Assembly: GCA_951406725.2 (NCBI GenBank)
Contig: OX597821.1
Span: 19,034,001-19,098,000 of the forward strand
Length of the DNA stretch: 64,000 nt
Source: Octopus vulgaris
Taxonomy: Eukaryota
Direction of reading: 5' to 3'
The position numbers and the translations under genes were made by a program. Below, piece by piece: positions 25,335 to 36,579 of the stretch. The number at the start of each line of letters is the position of its first letter. Position 1 is the stretch's first letter. The notes under the pieces are model-generated. The model worked only from the letters and a program-made list of their open reading frames with translations, searched no databases and had not been told where the DNA came from.

Positions 25335-25878
25335 ACACACACACACATACATACACACACACACACACATACATATATACACATACGCACACACACTCAC
25401 ACACGTACACACACATTCATCTTGTTGATTCTTGGGAGCGTCATTATGCCAATAACGATATGGTTACACATCTGACCAACTTCGTAATCGATCGTTTGTT
25501 TGGTTAAACAATCAAAGTTTTATTTCTTCGTGAAAGTCCGTTCGTCGCTATTTTTCGCGACCTTTTCAATAGCTTGTCCTTTCTCTTCAACGTCTGCCCT
25601 GAAATTTGGCCGCGAATTAATCTTATGTCTGCGTGCATGCATGCCTTTCTATGTGTGTGTAGATGTGTGTTTGCTTAGAAGAATAAGAGTGAGAGGAAAG
25701 GAGATTATGTGCGTGCGTGCGAGTGTGTATGTGTGTGTGCGTGCGTATGTGTGTGGTTGTGTGTACACTCGTGTGACTACTTGCATGTGTATGTGTGTGT
25801 TAGTGTGTGTAGCCATCCATGACTAGGTATGTGTATGTATAACTGTGTCTATATACGCACATAGATTTATATGCAAGA

Positions 25879-26102
25879 GGCGGCGAGCTGGCAGAAGCGT
25901 TAGCACGCCGGGCGAAATGCTTAGCAGTATTTCGTCTACGTTCTGAGTTCAAATTCCGCCGAGGTCGACTTTGCCTTTCATCCTCTCGGGGTCGATAAAT
26001 AAAGTACCAGTTTCGCACTGGGTCGATGTAATCGACTTAATCCGTTTGTCTGTCCTTGTTTGTCCCCTCTATGTTTAGCCCCTTGTGGGTAGCAAAAGAA
26101 AT
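25879..26102 (+). mobile_element. SINE family A, full length
   Basis: Matches 8190 and 15608 copies. Confidence 0.92.
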
Positions 26103-26355
26103 ATATATCATGTATATATGTGAATAGAAGCAGGCGTGACTGTGTTGTAAGCTGTTCCGGGTTCAGTCCAGCTGCGTGGCACTTTGAGCGGGTGTTTCTA
26201 CTATAGCCCTGGGTCGACTAAACCCTTGTGAGTAGATTTGGTTGACGGAATCTGAAAAAGCTTGTCATATATGTGTTTATCAATATTTAGCAGAAGCAAC
26301 AGAGTGACTCGAGGGGCGAGAGTTTCGTTCATTGACACTTGTCAAACTACACACA

Positions 26356-26416
<61 letters not shown>

Positions 26417-26797
26417 ACACACATACATATGCATGAGTGGCTGTGTGGTAAGTAGCCTGCTTACCAACTACATGGTTCTGGGTTCAGCCCCATTACGCGA
26501 CGCCTTGGTCTTCTACTAGAGCCTCAGGCCAACCAAAGCCTTGTGAGTGAATTTGGTAGACGGAAACTGTGTGTGTGTTTGTGTTTGTGCCCCCGATGGT
26601 GGCAAGTATATACATAATATTATTGTTCTTTCTTGCGAAATATATAGAATTACTTTAAAGAAGTGTTCGGGTCGAAACAAGTAAAAGAATAAAAGAAAGA
26701 AAAGAAAGAATATATATATATATATATGTACATTTTTACTTTTATATACATATTTATATTTATTGCATATCTTTTACTTTTTTATATTTATATATAA

Positions 26798-28086
26798 CTA
26801 GCAGAGATACCCGGCGTTACCCGATTACATTCAATTGGAGAATTAGACTTTTCTGTTATATCTTCTGTGATGAACTGGAATATCTATGTTTCGAATTTCA
26901 TCAAAATTGCAGATGAGGGTTATTTCAATCTTTACACACCCTAAAAAATTGTAATCGTGCCACATGTATCCCATAATCCTGATTTTTATGCGCATATTCC
27001 AAAATTCCAGTCTTATTTAACTTGTTAAAAAGATTTTGTTCCTGAAAAATGAAGGTCATGGAGCTCTAAAATGTGAGAGTTAAGGCCCCTGTTGGGGGTG
27101 GGTATCTTAATGTCAACCAGAGAAGTTGAATTGTTGAAAATCTTTTTAACTTGGGTCTTATATCTATTGTTTGAATTTCTTTGAAATAGGAAATATATGT
27201 TCACTGGGTTTGTAAAAGAGAGCAAAGCTACAGGAAACCAAAAGACGAATGATCACAATAAGCAGTCAGTTACCCTACCCTAGTCGTTACCACTCCTAAT
27301 GTAGGATTCCTCACCATCCAGGTGACAGGCACAGCCGTAAGATGCATTACAAATCTATAGCAATTGGAAGGGCGTGACCCAACTGAAATCAACATTAACA
27401 ACTGTTTGACGTGAGAGCTAAGGAGAAATGAAAGTGTCACCTCTGTAGTTTGCAAATGACCACTATACTGATACGTAACTGGACAGAATAAATTTAAAAT
27501 CTATAAATGTCTTCGAATAACCAGTCACTCATCTGGGAAGGCCTTGAAATCAATGTTACCATCTGGGGACTATGTGTGACCGAGTGATAATAAAAAGACT
27601 GAAAGGAGGTCTGCAATCAAATAAATTTTACTCTACACTTTGCAACTGAATCAGTGGAGGCAAAGATGCCTCTCATTTACTTGACAATTTATGCAGTGTG
27701 TATGTCAAAGCAAACTGTTACACTGTTGTACCATTGAATTACAAATAATGCTCATCTTTTATGCTCGGGTAACCCTACAGCTTCCAAGAGCACAACTGTA
27801 TTCATTTTTGCTTAGATAAAATGACAAAATTGTAGTTGTTAAGTCCCCATGGAGGGGTCTTTCTAACTTTGTAAGATGAAATTTTATAGATATTACTTCA
27901 TTTGTGTCTAATGTCTATGGTTAAAATTTCATCAACAGCAAAAATATATGAATTGTCATGGGTGTTATGGCCCTTATGCATAGAATATAATTTCCAAATT
28001 TCATAAAGATCCATTCAGTACTTTTTACCAAGTTTTGGATCATAAAAGAAATTACTAAAGTTTGGGATTTAAGGCTCCCATTAGGG

Positions 28087-28143
<57 letters not shown>
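26798..28143 (-). mobile_element. Non-autonomous Helitron-like element (second family)
   Basis: Minus 3' end CGGGTAACGCCGGGTATCTCTGCTAG|T at 26798; putative TC(TA)n 5' end near 28143; internal diverged sub-repeats. Confidence 0.6.
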
Positions 28144-28946
28144 TAGATACACACACACATGCACACATCTCTTATTATAAAAGGCAGATTTTATCTGCCT
28201 CCCTTTGTAAGTTATAGAAATCTACAATATAGGATTTCTTCAATTACAATTTACCTAGCATTTTTAAGAGTAGAATGCATCGGGTCATGCCAGGTCCAGT
28301 TTTTAAAATTTAAACTCCAATTAAGCAAAATTTACAGAAAACTCACATTCTGGTGTGTATGTCAAATGCTTTTCTTAATGTGGTTTACACCACACGCAAA
28401 CGCACACACACAGTGTGCAACGAATAAAGTGAAACTAGATGTAATATTTGTTTCTGTCTATCACGCTGATAGATACATGAGTAAAATGTATGGGAAGCTA
28501 ACAGATAAGAGTGAGTGAAAATGTTCTTGGAAGAGAGTAAATTAGCGACAGAGTGATTTGAGGAAGACTAAACTGAAAGTATGAAACAGTGTTTATGTAT
28601 AAACAGACGACACTTATATAAACCCTTTCGTTACCAAACCGCCCGAATTTACCTATTCATATTTAAATGAGAATATCAGAGTAAATCTCTTTAGTACATT
28701 CGTGAAAACACGTATTATACTTCGTAAACACTTCAAATACAGTTTTGTACAAAAATCGAAGTGTAACTTTAATTCCGTGAATTATGGGAGATTTTTTTCC
28801 GAAATTTGTTCCTATTGTGTTTTCAAAATTTGTAATTCTGACAAAAAATGGATGCGAATTTCATTATATCAAGCAGCGAGTCAGAATTCGAAGGATTTTC
28901 TACTGAAGACCTTCATAAATCTAACTCTATGACTGAAAAAAAAGCA

Positions 28947-29340
28947 TCTTTATATAAGAGTGAAGTTGTGTGTCTGTCCCCTTCGATTTAGATTCGTAAC
29001 TACTCCCACATTTTGCGGTGCAGTTTAACCAAAACCGGGTATCTTATAGTCGTGATTCATATCGAGCCCTTCTGGGTATTAGCGCGCGTCTACGATGAGT
29101 CTACGATTTTAAAAGAATTTACCATCATGTTTTTCCATTTTAATGCATTTTTTCGCGTTTATATAAGGGAAGTAACTCTCTAAAAATATCTACGATGTGT
29201 CAACGATTTAAAAAAAAAATTACCTTAATTTTTTTTCAATTTTTAATGCATTTTTTTGCTATTTTTTGGCTATAACTCTCTAAAAATGCTTATATAGTTA
29301 TTTCCCTTACAACCCGAGCAACGCCGGGCGATACTGCCAG
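28947..29340 (+). mobile_element. Non-autonomous Helitron H1
   Basis: Matches 20350 copy; terminal CTAG mutated to CCAG. Confidence 0.9.
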
Positions 29341-29342
29341 TA

Positions 29343-29612
29343 CAAAGATAAATTGATAGATACAACTGAGTGAGCAAACAAAAATATGAGACACAGCCTA
29401 GTGCTTTTTTATGTTGATAAGCCTAGTACTTACTCTATTAGTTTGTTCTTGTGAAACCAGTAAGTTATGTGGATGTAAATAAATGAACAGCAGTTGTGAA
29501 GCAGTGATGAGGGCGAAACACAGAGACAAAGACACACACATACACTTACATATATACATACATATATATACGATTTATTTGTTACAGTTTCTGTCTACGA
29601 AATCCATATATA
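29343..29612. repeat. ~270-bp segment (unique DNA plus SINE B fragment) duplicated at 32463-32725
   Basis: CAAAGATAAATTGATAGATACAACTGAGTG..AAACAAAAAT starts both copies. Confidence 0.85.
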
Positions 29613-32302
29613 TTGTTGTTGGCATCCTTTTTGTCTCGGGAGACAATGGAGTTGCGCATAAAATAATCTTGTCCGGCTTTTACATTTCATGTCCTAATAC
29701 ATCTCTTGCTGTGGCTGTGTAGTCCTAGCCGGGACAAACACTCCCTCTGGCAGGTGCCGTAAATGTAGCGAAGACTTTACCTGACTGGTTGTAATGTCAT
29801 AGTTTCTTGTTGACGTCTTTTCTTGTCTTTCCATTTCTCCTTTCTCACTATGTCACTCCTTTGTGTTCCCTCTTTCACGGTACGTCGCCAATCTCCACAG
29901 TTGCTGGCAACTGCTTCCCAGTTGGTAATATTGATGTTGCAGGCATTCATGTCCCTTTTGCAAACATCCTTGTATCGTAAGAACGGTCTTCCCACAGACC
30001 TATTGCCCCTAGCAAGCTCTCCGTTGAGTATGTCCTTGGGGATTCTGCCATCTTCCATACGGCTAACATGTCCAAGCCATCTCATACGTCTTTGTGTGAA
30101 GAGTGCAAACATGCTTGGTATTCCTGCTTGCTTGAGGACATCTTTGTTAGGGACATGATTCTGCCATTTGATGCGATGGATTTTCCGGAGACAGCGCAGG
30201 TGAAAGATATTTAGGCGACGTATGGCGTCGTATGGCGTGTGTATGGCGTCAAAGTCATACAGTAGAGTGCTAAGTACACATGCCTGGTAAATCTTCATTT
30301 TTGTGGTCTTGGTCAGCTTATTGTTGTCCCATGCGCGTTTGGTGAGTTGGGCCATCACAGCAGCTGCCTTGCCAATGCGTATATTGAGTTCAGCATCAAG
30401 GGATAGGTTGTAGGTGACGGTAGAGCCAAGATAGGTAAACTTCTCCACCTCCTATACTCTGTGGTCTCCAATATGTATGTTTGGGATGTCCGATGTAGCC
30501 TGACCCATGATGTTGGTCTTCTTGAGGCTGATAACTAAGCCAAAGTTGCCAAATGCTTGCTCAAAACAGTTGCTGTGCCTTCGTAGGGCTTCTTCTGTGT
30601 GTGATACCAGAGCGGCATCATCAGCAAATAGCATCTCCTTGATCAGGATGCTTCTGAAATTTTGGTCTTGGCACGCAGACGCGAGAGATTGAACAGTTCC
30701 CCATCACTTCTACTGTGCAGAAACACTCCATCATCTGATGTCTCAAAGGCATGTGACAGCAGCAGCGAGAAGAAGATGCCAAATAATGTAGGAGCAAGGA
30801 CACAACCTTGCTCTACCCCATTTTTTATTTGGAAGGCGGCTGATGTTGAACCATTGTGCTGTATGGTGCCTTGCATATTAGCATGGAATGATTTGATGAT
30901 CCTCAGCAGCTTTGGTAGACATCCGATTTTTTGGAGCAGGATGAAGAGGCCTTTTCTACTTACCAAGTCAAAGCCCTTTGTCAGATCAATGAAGGCCATA
31001 TATAATGGCATGTTCTGCTCTCTGGACTTCTGAAGTTGGCGTATGGAGAATATCATGTCAATAGTTGATCTGCTTCTAAAGCCACACTGCGATTCTGGAT
31101 AAATTCGAGAAGCAATTAGTTGCAGCCTGGACAGGATAATGCAAGCAGAGGCCTTTCCAACTGCGCTTAGAAGAGATATTCCACGGTAATTGTTACAATC
31201 ATCACGGTCACTTTTATTTTTGTAAAGCGTAATGATGTTAGCATCCCGCATATTCTGAGGGACTGTACCCTCTTACCTGCACTGACACAGAAGCTCATGA
31301 ATGTGCCGAAGCAGGATGGTGTTTTTGCCGGTTTTGATGATCTCTAAGGGGATGCCGTCTTTTCCCGGAGCCTTGTTACTTGCTAGGGAGTCAATAGATT
31401 TGGTGAGCTCTGCTATAGATGGCAGACTGTCAAGTTCACACATGACTGGCAAGATCTTGACACCCTCGATTGCAGCCTCAGCTACCGTGGTCTCTCGTGA
31501 GTAGAGATCCTGGTAGTACTCCATCCATCTATCCATTTGCTTGCTTTGGTCCCTGATGAGATCTCCAGTAGTTGATTTCAGAGGGGCTGAGGTATTTGCG
31601 GATGGACCGAGGGCCTTCTTCAAACCGGCATACATCCCACGGGTGTCGCCACTGTCAGTAGCTGACTGGATACTCTGACAGATTTCCTTTCAATACCCAT
31701 TTGCATAGCGTCTGGCAGTCAGTTGGGTTTTATTTCTTGCCTTTCTGAGTTCTTCGTGTGACTTTGTAGAAGAACCACTCTTGTATTGCATCAGAGCTGT
31801 ACGCTTTGCTTCGATAACTGGTTCCAGCTCTGAGAGCCCAGCACTGAACAAAATCTGGGTTTTACCTTTCTCTCATTCCGAAAGTATCTATTGATGTGGT
31901 ATACAAAGCTTCCCTGATATAATTCCACCTACTTTCAGCAGAGGAGGTTGGGCAGCTACTGAGGGCAACCTTGATAAAAACAGCAAAACATTGTCGCAGT
32001 GTAGGGTTCGAGGTTCTGGCAGTGTTAATGCGTGGTTGGCTAATTTTCTTGGAGTGATGGACTTTTTAGGCAGAATCCTCACCCTTCTTATTAGTGAATG
32101 ATCTGTCTCACAATCCGCGCTACGGGTCAGAAAGGATCTTCGTGTAATGATGAGATCCAACTCATGCCAGTGGTGAGATCTTGGATGTCTCCAAGATGCC
32201 TTGTGGGATGTCTTGTTGGGAAAGAATGTGTTGGTGATGCACAGGTTATGGTATGTGCAAAATTCAAGTAGTCTCTGGCTATTGTCATTCATGTTGCCAA
32301 TA
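29613..32302 (-). mobile_element. RTE-BovB-like LINE, 5'-truncated, frameshifted EN-RT pseudogene
   Basis: CITNTFF..WRHPRSHHWHELDLII..ETDHSL; KAPGKDGIP; NNYRGISLL; ESQCGFR; FIDLTKGFD; GVEQGCVLAPTLF; LFADDAAL; YLGS; RWLGHVSRM; (CAA)n tail at 29613-29620. Confidence 0.96.
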
Positions 32303-32375
32303 CTAAAACACATACACTTACATATATACATACATATATATACGATTGATTTGTTTCAGTTCCTGTCCACGAAAT

Positions 32376-32447
<72 letters not shown>

Positions 32448-33032
32448 ACACACACACACACACAAAGATAAATTGATAGATACAACTGAGTGGGCAAACA
32501 AAAATGTGAGACACTGCGTAGAGCTTTTTTAAATTTTGATAAGCCTGGTACTTATTCTATCAGTTTCTTCTTGTGAAACCAGAATGTTATGGGGATGTAA
32601 ATAAACGAACACCAGTTGTGAAGCAGTGATGAGGGAGAAACACAAAGACACATACACAGACTTACATACATACATACATACATATATATACGATTGATTT
32701 CTTTCAATTTCTGTCTACAAAATCCACTGACAAGGCTTTGGTTGGTCTCAGGCTATAGTAGAAGACACATGCCAAGTTACCACACAGTGGGACTGAACTG
32801 ACAACCATGCGTTTTGGAACCATAAGAATACTTATGCATACATCTAAAATCTAAAATAATTTCTTTGTTATTGTAGTATATATCAGTAAAAAATGGAATA
32901 TTCCCAAAATTGCATGATTAACTAAATGATTTCCATTTCTTATTTAAACGTGGCAATCCTCTGGAATCAGAAAAAAGTTGGCCGGGTTTTGTTACGTTTG
33001 TAAAATTCGGTAAAAAAGAAAAAAGAACAAAA

Positions 33033-34649
33033 AGTGAATGGTTGTTGTTGTGAAATTTTGAACGTCGTTGATGCGGTTTCGCGTTTCACTGGTTCTGCGC
33101 GTTGCACTTTTTCGGTTCGGGAGGCCGTTTTTCGGCCTGAGGCGACTATGAGCTGCCTCTACCAAACGGACGAGATGGAGGGCGGAAATTTCTCTGAAAA
33201 TTCGGCAACATCTGAGGAGGAGTTGGCGGTGAAAAAAGTGGAAAGCACCTACGCAGGTGTAACGAAGAAGTCAACAGAAAAAGAGATAGACCTGGCTAAG
33301 TTGAAGGAGGAGGAGAACGGAGAGGTAGAGCTGTTGCCTCCAGCAGCGCGTGGAGACTGGTTCCATGGTAGAACCATTAAATATAAAGTATTTATGAATG
33401 GAGGTAGAAAAATGGAAGTGATTAACATGGAAGCAATTGAAGAGGCTCTCAAACAGACAGGAGAAGAAATTGTGTACATGACAAAAGGATTACAATATGG
33501 AACCATAACGGTACAATTTAAAAGTGAGAAAGCAGCCAGGAATGTAGCAGCCAAGGTGGTGAGTACAGAAAAGATTTACTTGTTCCCCACGTATTTGAAT
33601 AGAAGGACCACCAGAATTAGGGTGGTGGGAATACCTCCACACCTAGAGGGCGAATTAATAACGGCTGCGGTTATCAAAGGAAATGAAGATAAAGTGGACA
33701 TCCTCCACGCCATTATGAAATATGAAGGCGTGAGAGGTGCCACACTAGAAATGAATATACAGACGGAGGCGGAAGTTATAGAAAAGCTTACGGACAGTAT
33801 AAAAACTGGAAATATTATTATGAGAGTGTGGGTGGAGGGTAGGGCGCCCAGGTGCTACAAGTGTGGCCAGAGGGGTCACATAAGAGCCTACTGCCCTCCC
33901 CCACCAAAGTAAAAAGAAAAGGAAATCGTTGCGGAAGCCCCAAAAGAGGAAGCCCCAAAAGAGGAAGAAATTATAGAGAAACAAACAGAAAAGGAAACGA
34001 CAGAAGAAGAGGAGATGCAACAAGAGTGGGAAGAAGGCAGAAAAAAGAGAAAAAGAAAAAGAAAAACTGTGCGAAGCCCCAACCCACCCCAACACCACCC
34101 GCACCCTCTGAATCCCACCCTTCCCCTGCAGACAGTGAACCCACCCGCTCCCCTCCAACAAGAAAACAAAAAAAAATTAACACAGACAGACAAGAGACTG
34201 AAATCGAACCCCGGCCGAACATTTGTACTAAGACAAAACAGAAAGAAGTTAAAAGGGTAATGGAAGAGTATGCATGGTGTGACTTAGGTGACACCAGATA
34301 TGCTGTGATTGAAAAGAAGAGAATAGATGAGTTTATGTTGAGGTGTGAAAGGGAGAATTGGGAGGTGTATGAGGAAAGTTTGGGTGATGAATCCGTGGAA
34401 AATATAGAGGATTGTTTTAAAGTAAGAATAGAGAAGAAATATTTTATCATTGGGAATGAACATTTAAGTGACAGTGAAAACCAAAGGACAGGTAAGTGAT
34501 GCTAAAGGATGGGGTCTTTAGCATCGCTTTCATATTATCATTTTTTCATGTAATAATTCATCCTTCATAAATCTAATTATAATGTTCTATGTCCCCATGT
34601 CTTGTAATGTCTCACACTTCGTTGGCCCCTTGTGGGTAATAAAGAAATA
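33033..34649 (+). mobile_element. ORF1-only non-LTR-like retroposon (L1/Tx1-type gag-like ORF1, no ORF2)
   Basis: ORF from ATG 33148 with RRM-like stretches and CYKCGQRGHIRAYC knuckle, continuing through two frameshifts to stop 34499; 150-bp 3' UTR ending GCCCCTTGTGGGTAATAAAGAAATA. Confidence 0.75.
33148..34499 (+). pseudogene. Gag-like ORF1 protein with CCHC zinc knuckle, frameshifted near 33900 and 34070
   Basis: VWVEGRAPRCYKCGQRGHIRAYCP, then E/K-rich and P-rich linkers and a C-terminal domain in shifted frames. Confidence 0.8.
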
Positions 34650-34857
34650 ATTGTGAATATCGATACTGAAAAATTGAACTTTGAACGACTGAATACTTAT
34701 TCGAGTGCCTGTCTGGTTTGTCATTTGCTGCTACTTTGTTAATACCGATTCGTTGATTTAATTACTGTCGCTTTGATTTATTGCGTCTTTTGTATAAGAC
34801 TGTCAGTGGCCTTCGCGCGAAGGCTGCGTATTTAGTTCCCCCCTTGCGGGGGAATTA

Positions 34858-35724
34858 TTGTGGGACATCTTGTGTGGAACACATTTAAAAATCTACAAAA
34901 GGCTTGCAAAGCCAAAAATGTCTTCTGAAGGCTGTGAAAGCCAATTGAAAAAGCTTGAGATGGAACTCCCTATCTCATATTCACCGATCTCAGGTGAAGA
35001 AAGTTCACCAACCTCAGGTGAAGAAAAGAAAATAGAGGATTGTCTGAAGGCAATAAGAAAAGACATAACATACATAAACCGAGGCAGAAGGTTCGGAACA
35101 GTTGAGGTGAGGTTTAAGACCGAGGAGATAGCAAAGAAGCTATCTACCGAACCTCAAAAAGTAGGGAATATAGTCCTTCTACCCCTCAGAAGGACCTCAA
35201 AAATAGTAATTAAAAATATTCCGCCAGAAGCGGACGCCACATGCCTGGTGGCGGCAGTGATGCTAGGCCTGAAGGACAAAATCACTATCCTCCAGGCTAC
35301 AGTGGAGGAGGAAGGGTTTTGGCAGGGCCAGTGCATCACAATGGCAATCCAAGCCGAAGTCCAAACACTAGAAGAAATACCGGAGGTATTGAGGCTCAGC
35401 GAGGAGGAGAGGGTGTTAGTTTTCGTGGAAGGAAGAAAGCCGAGGTGCTTCGGCTGCGGAAAAAAGGGGCACTTAAGAGCAGAGTGCCAACCTAAACCGC
35501 AGGTAGAAGCACCGCCGGAAAAGGAAGAAACAGAAACAGAAAAGAAAACAGAGGAAAAAACACATGAAACCAAAGAGGTAGTAGAATCATCAAGTGGCGT
35601 AGAAAAGGAAAAAGAGGAGGGGTGGTCAAAAGTTACCAAAAAAAAAACGGAAAACAGAAACCACCCCTCAAGAAGAGAACCAGAAGAAGAGAAAGGAAGC
35701 AACCAATTCATTTATGGCCATTAA
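34858..35724 (+). pseudogene. Second, divergent gag-like ORF1 with CCHC knuckle, 3'-truncated
   Basis: YINRGRRFGTVEVRFKTEEIAKKL parallels YMTKGLQYGTITVQFKSEKAARNV; VFVEGRKPRCFGCGKKGHLRAEC. Confidence 0.8.
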
Positions 35725-35807
35725 GGCCACCAATAATAGACTAGTTAATGTTTTGGCAGCCATGGCCAAAGTGGAAAGAGTGAGGAAAACAAAAGACTGC
35801 ATCTCTT

Positions 35808-36080
35808 CTCTCTATATATAAACGGCAGTTTGTCTGTGCGTGTTTCTGTGTGTCTGTTTGCTTGTACCCTCACCCTGACCACGGCTTTCAACCGATTCTG
35901 ATGAAACTTGACACACACATAGCCCAATGTCATAATTCAAAACTAACGCAGCCAAAATTTTGAAAAGTTTCCCCAGTTCTGAAAAAAATCGATAAATTCG
36001 ACATGGGGTCGAGAATCAGAAACACGAACCACAAACTGTCTAGGGGACGCAACTCCATCCTTTTTTAACTCTCAAAAAAT
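35808..36080 (+). mobile_element. Helitron-like 5' fragment truncating the second ORF1 element
   Basis: TCTCTATATATAAAC..TGTCTGT.. start of the same style as other Helitron 5' ends here; CAACCGATTCTGATGAAACTT motif; no 3' end seen. Confidence 0.5.
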
Positions 36081-36579
36081 GGAGGTGTAGTCAAATCCTA
36101 TTTTATGGACTCAAACATGTTCTAAAATAAGTCGAAAGATAAGCTACTATAAATCTGCAAGAACTTTCCGGACAACCCAATATTTCTATATTTTTATCAT
36201 GAAATTCTTAATATAAATATGTGGATATTCGTATGGAATAATACCTCATGTGCTACATCTGAATTTTCTTGTCTGAATGTTTTAAGACAAATATCCGAAA
36301 TTTTTATCGTATACCACATTTTATTAATACTTAGCTCTATACGGAGACAAAAATGTTGTACTATATACTGCAGGTTATCTCCATTAAAATTATATTTAGC
36401 ATTAGAATTCTTCAAGTAGTATAAAAATGGTTATTGTCTGCATCATTCGAAAGCGAAATAAATTTTGCATAAGGTGTAAAAGATAAAAAATAATTTGTAT
36501 GGTGTTAGTAACAAAATATTTTCTAAGAAATAGAACTTTTATCGTCTGTCTTAAATATATTTTCGCCAGTGTATATATC

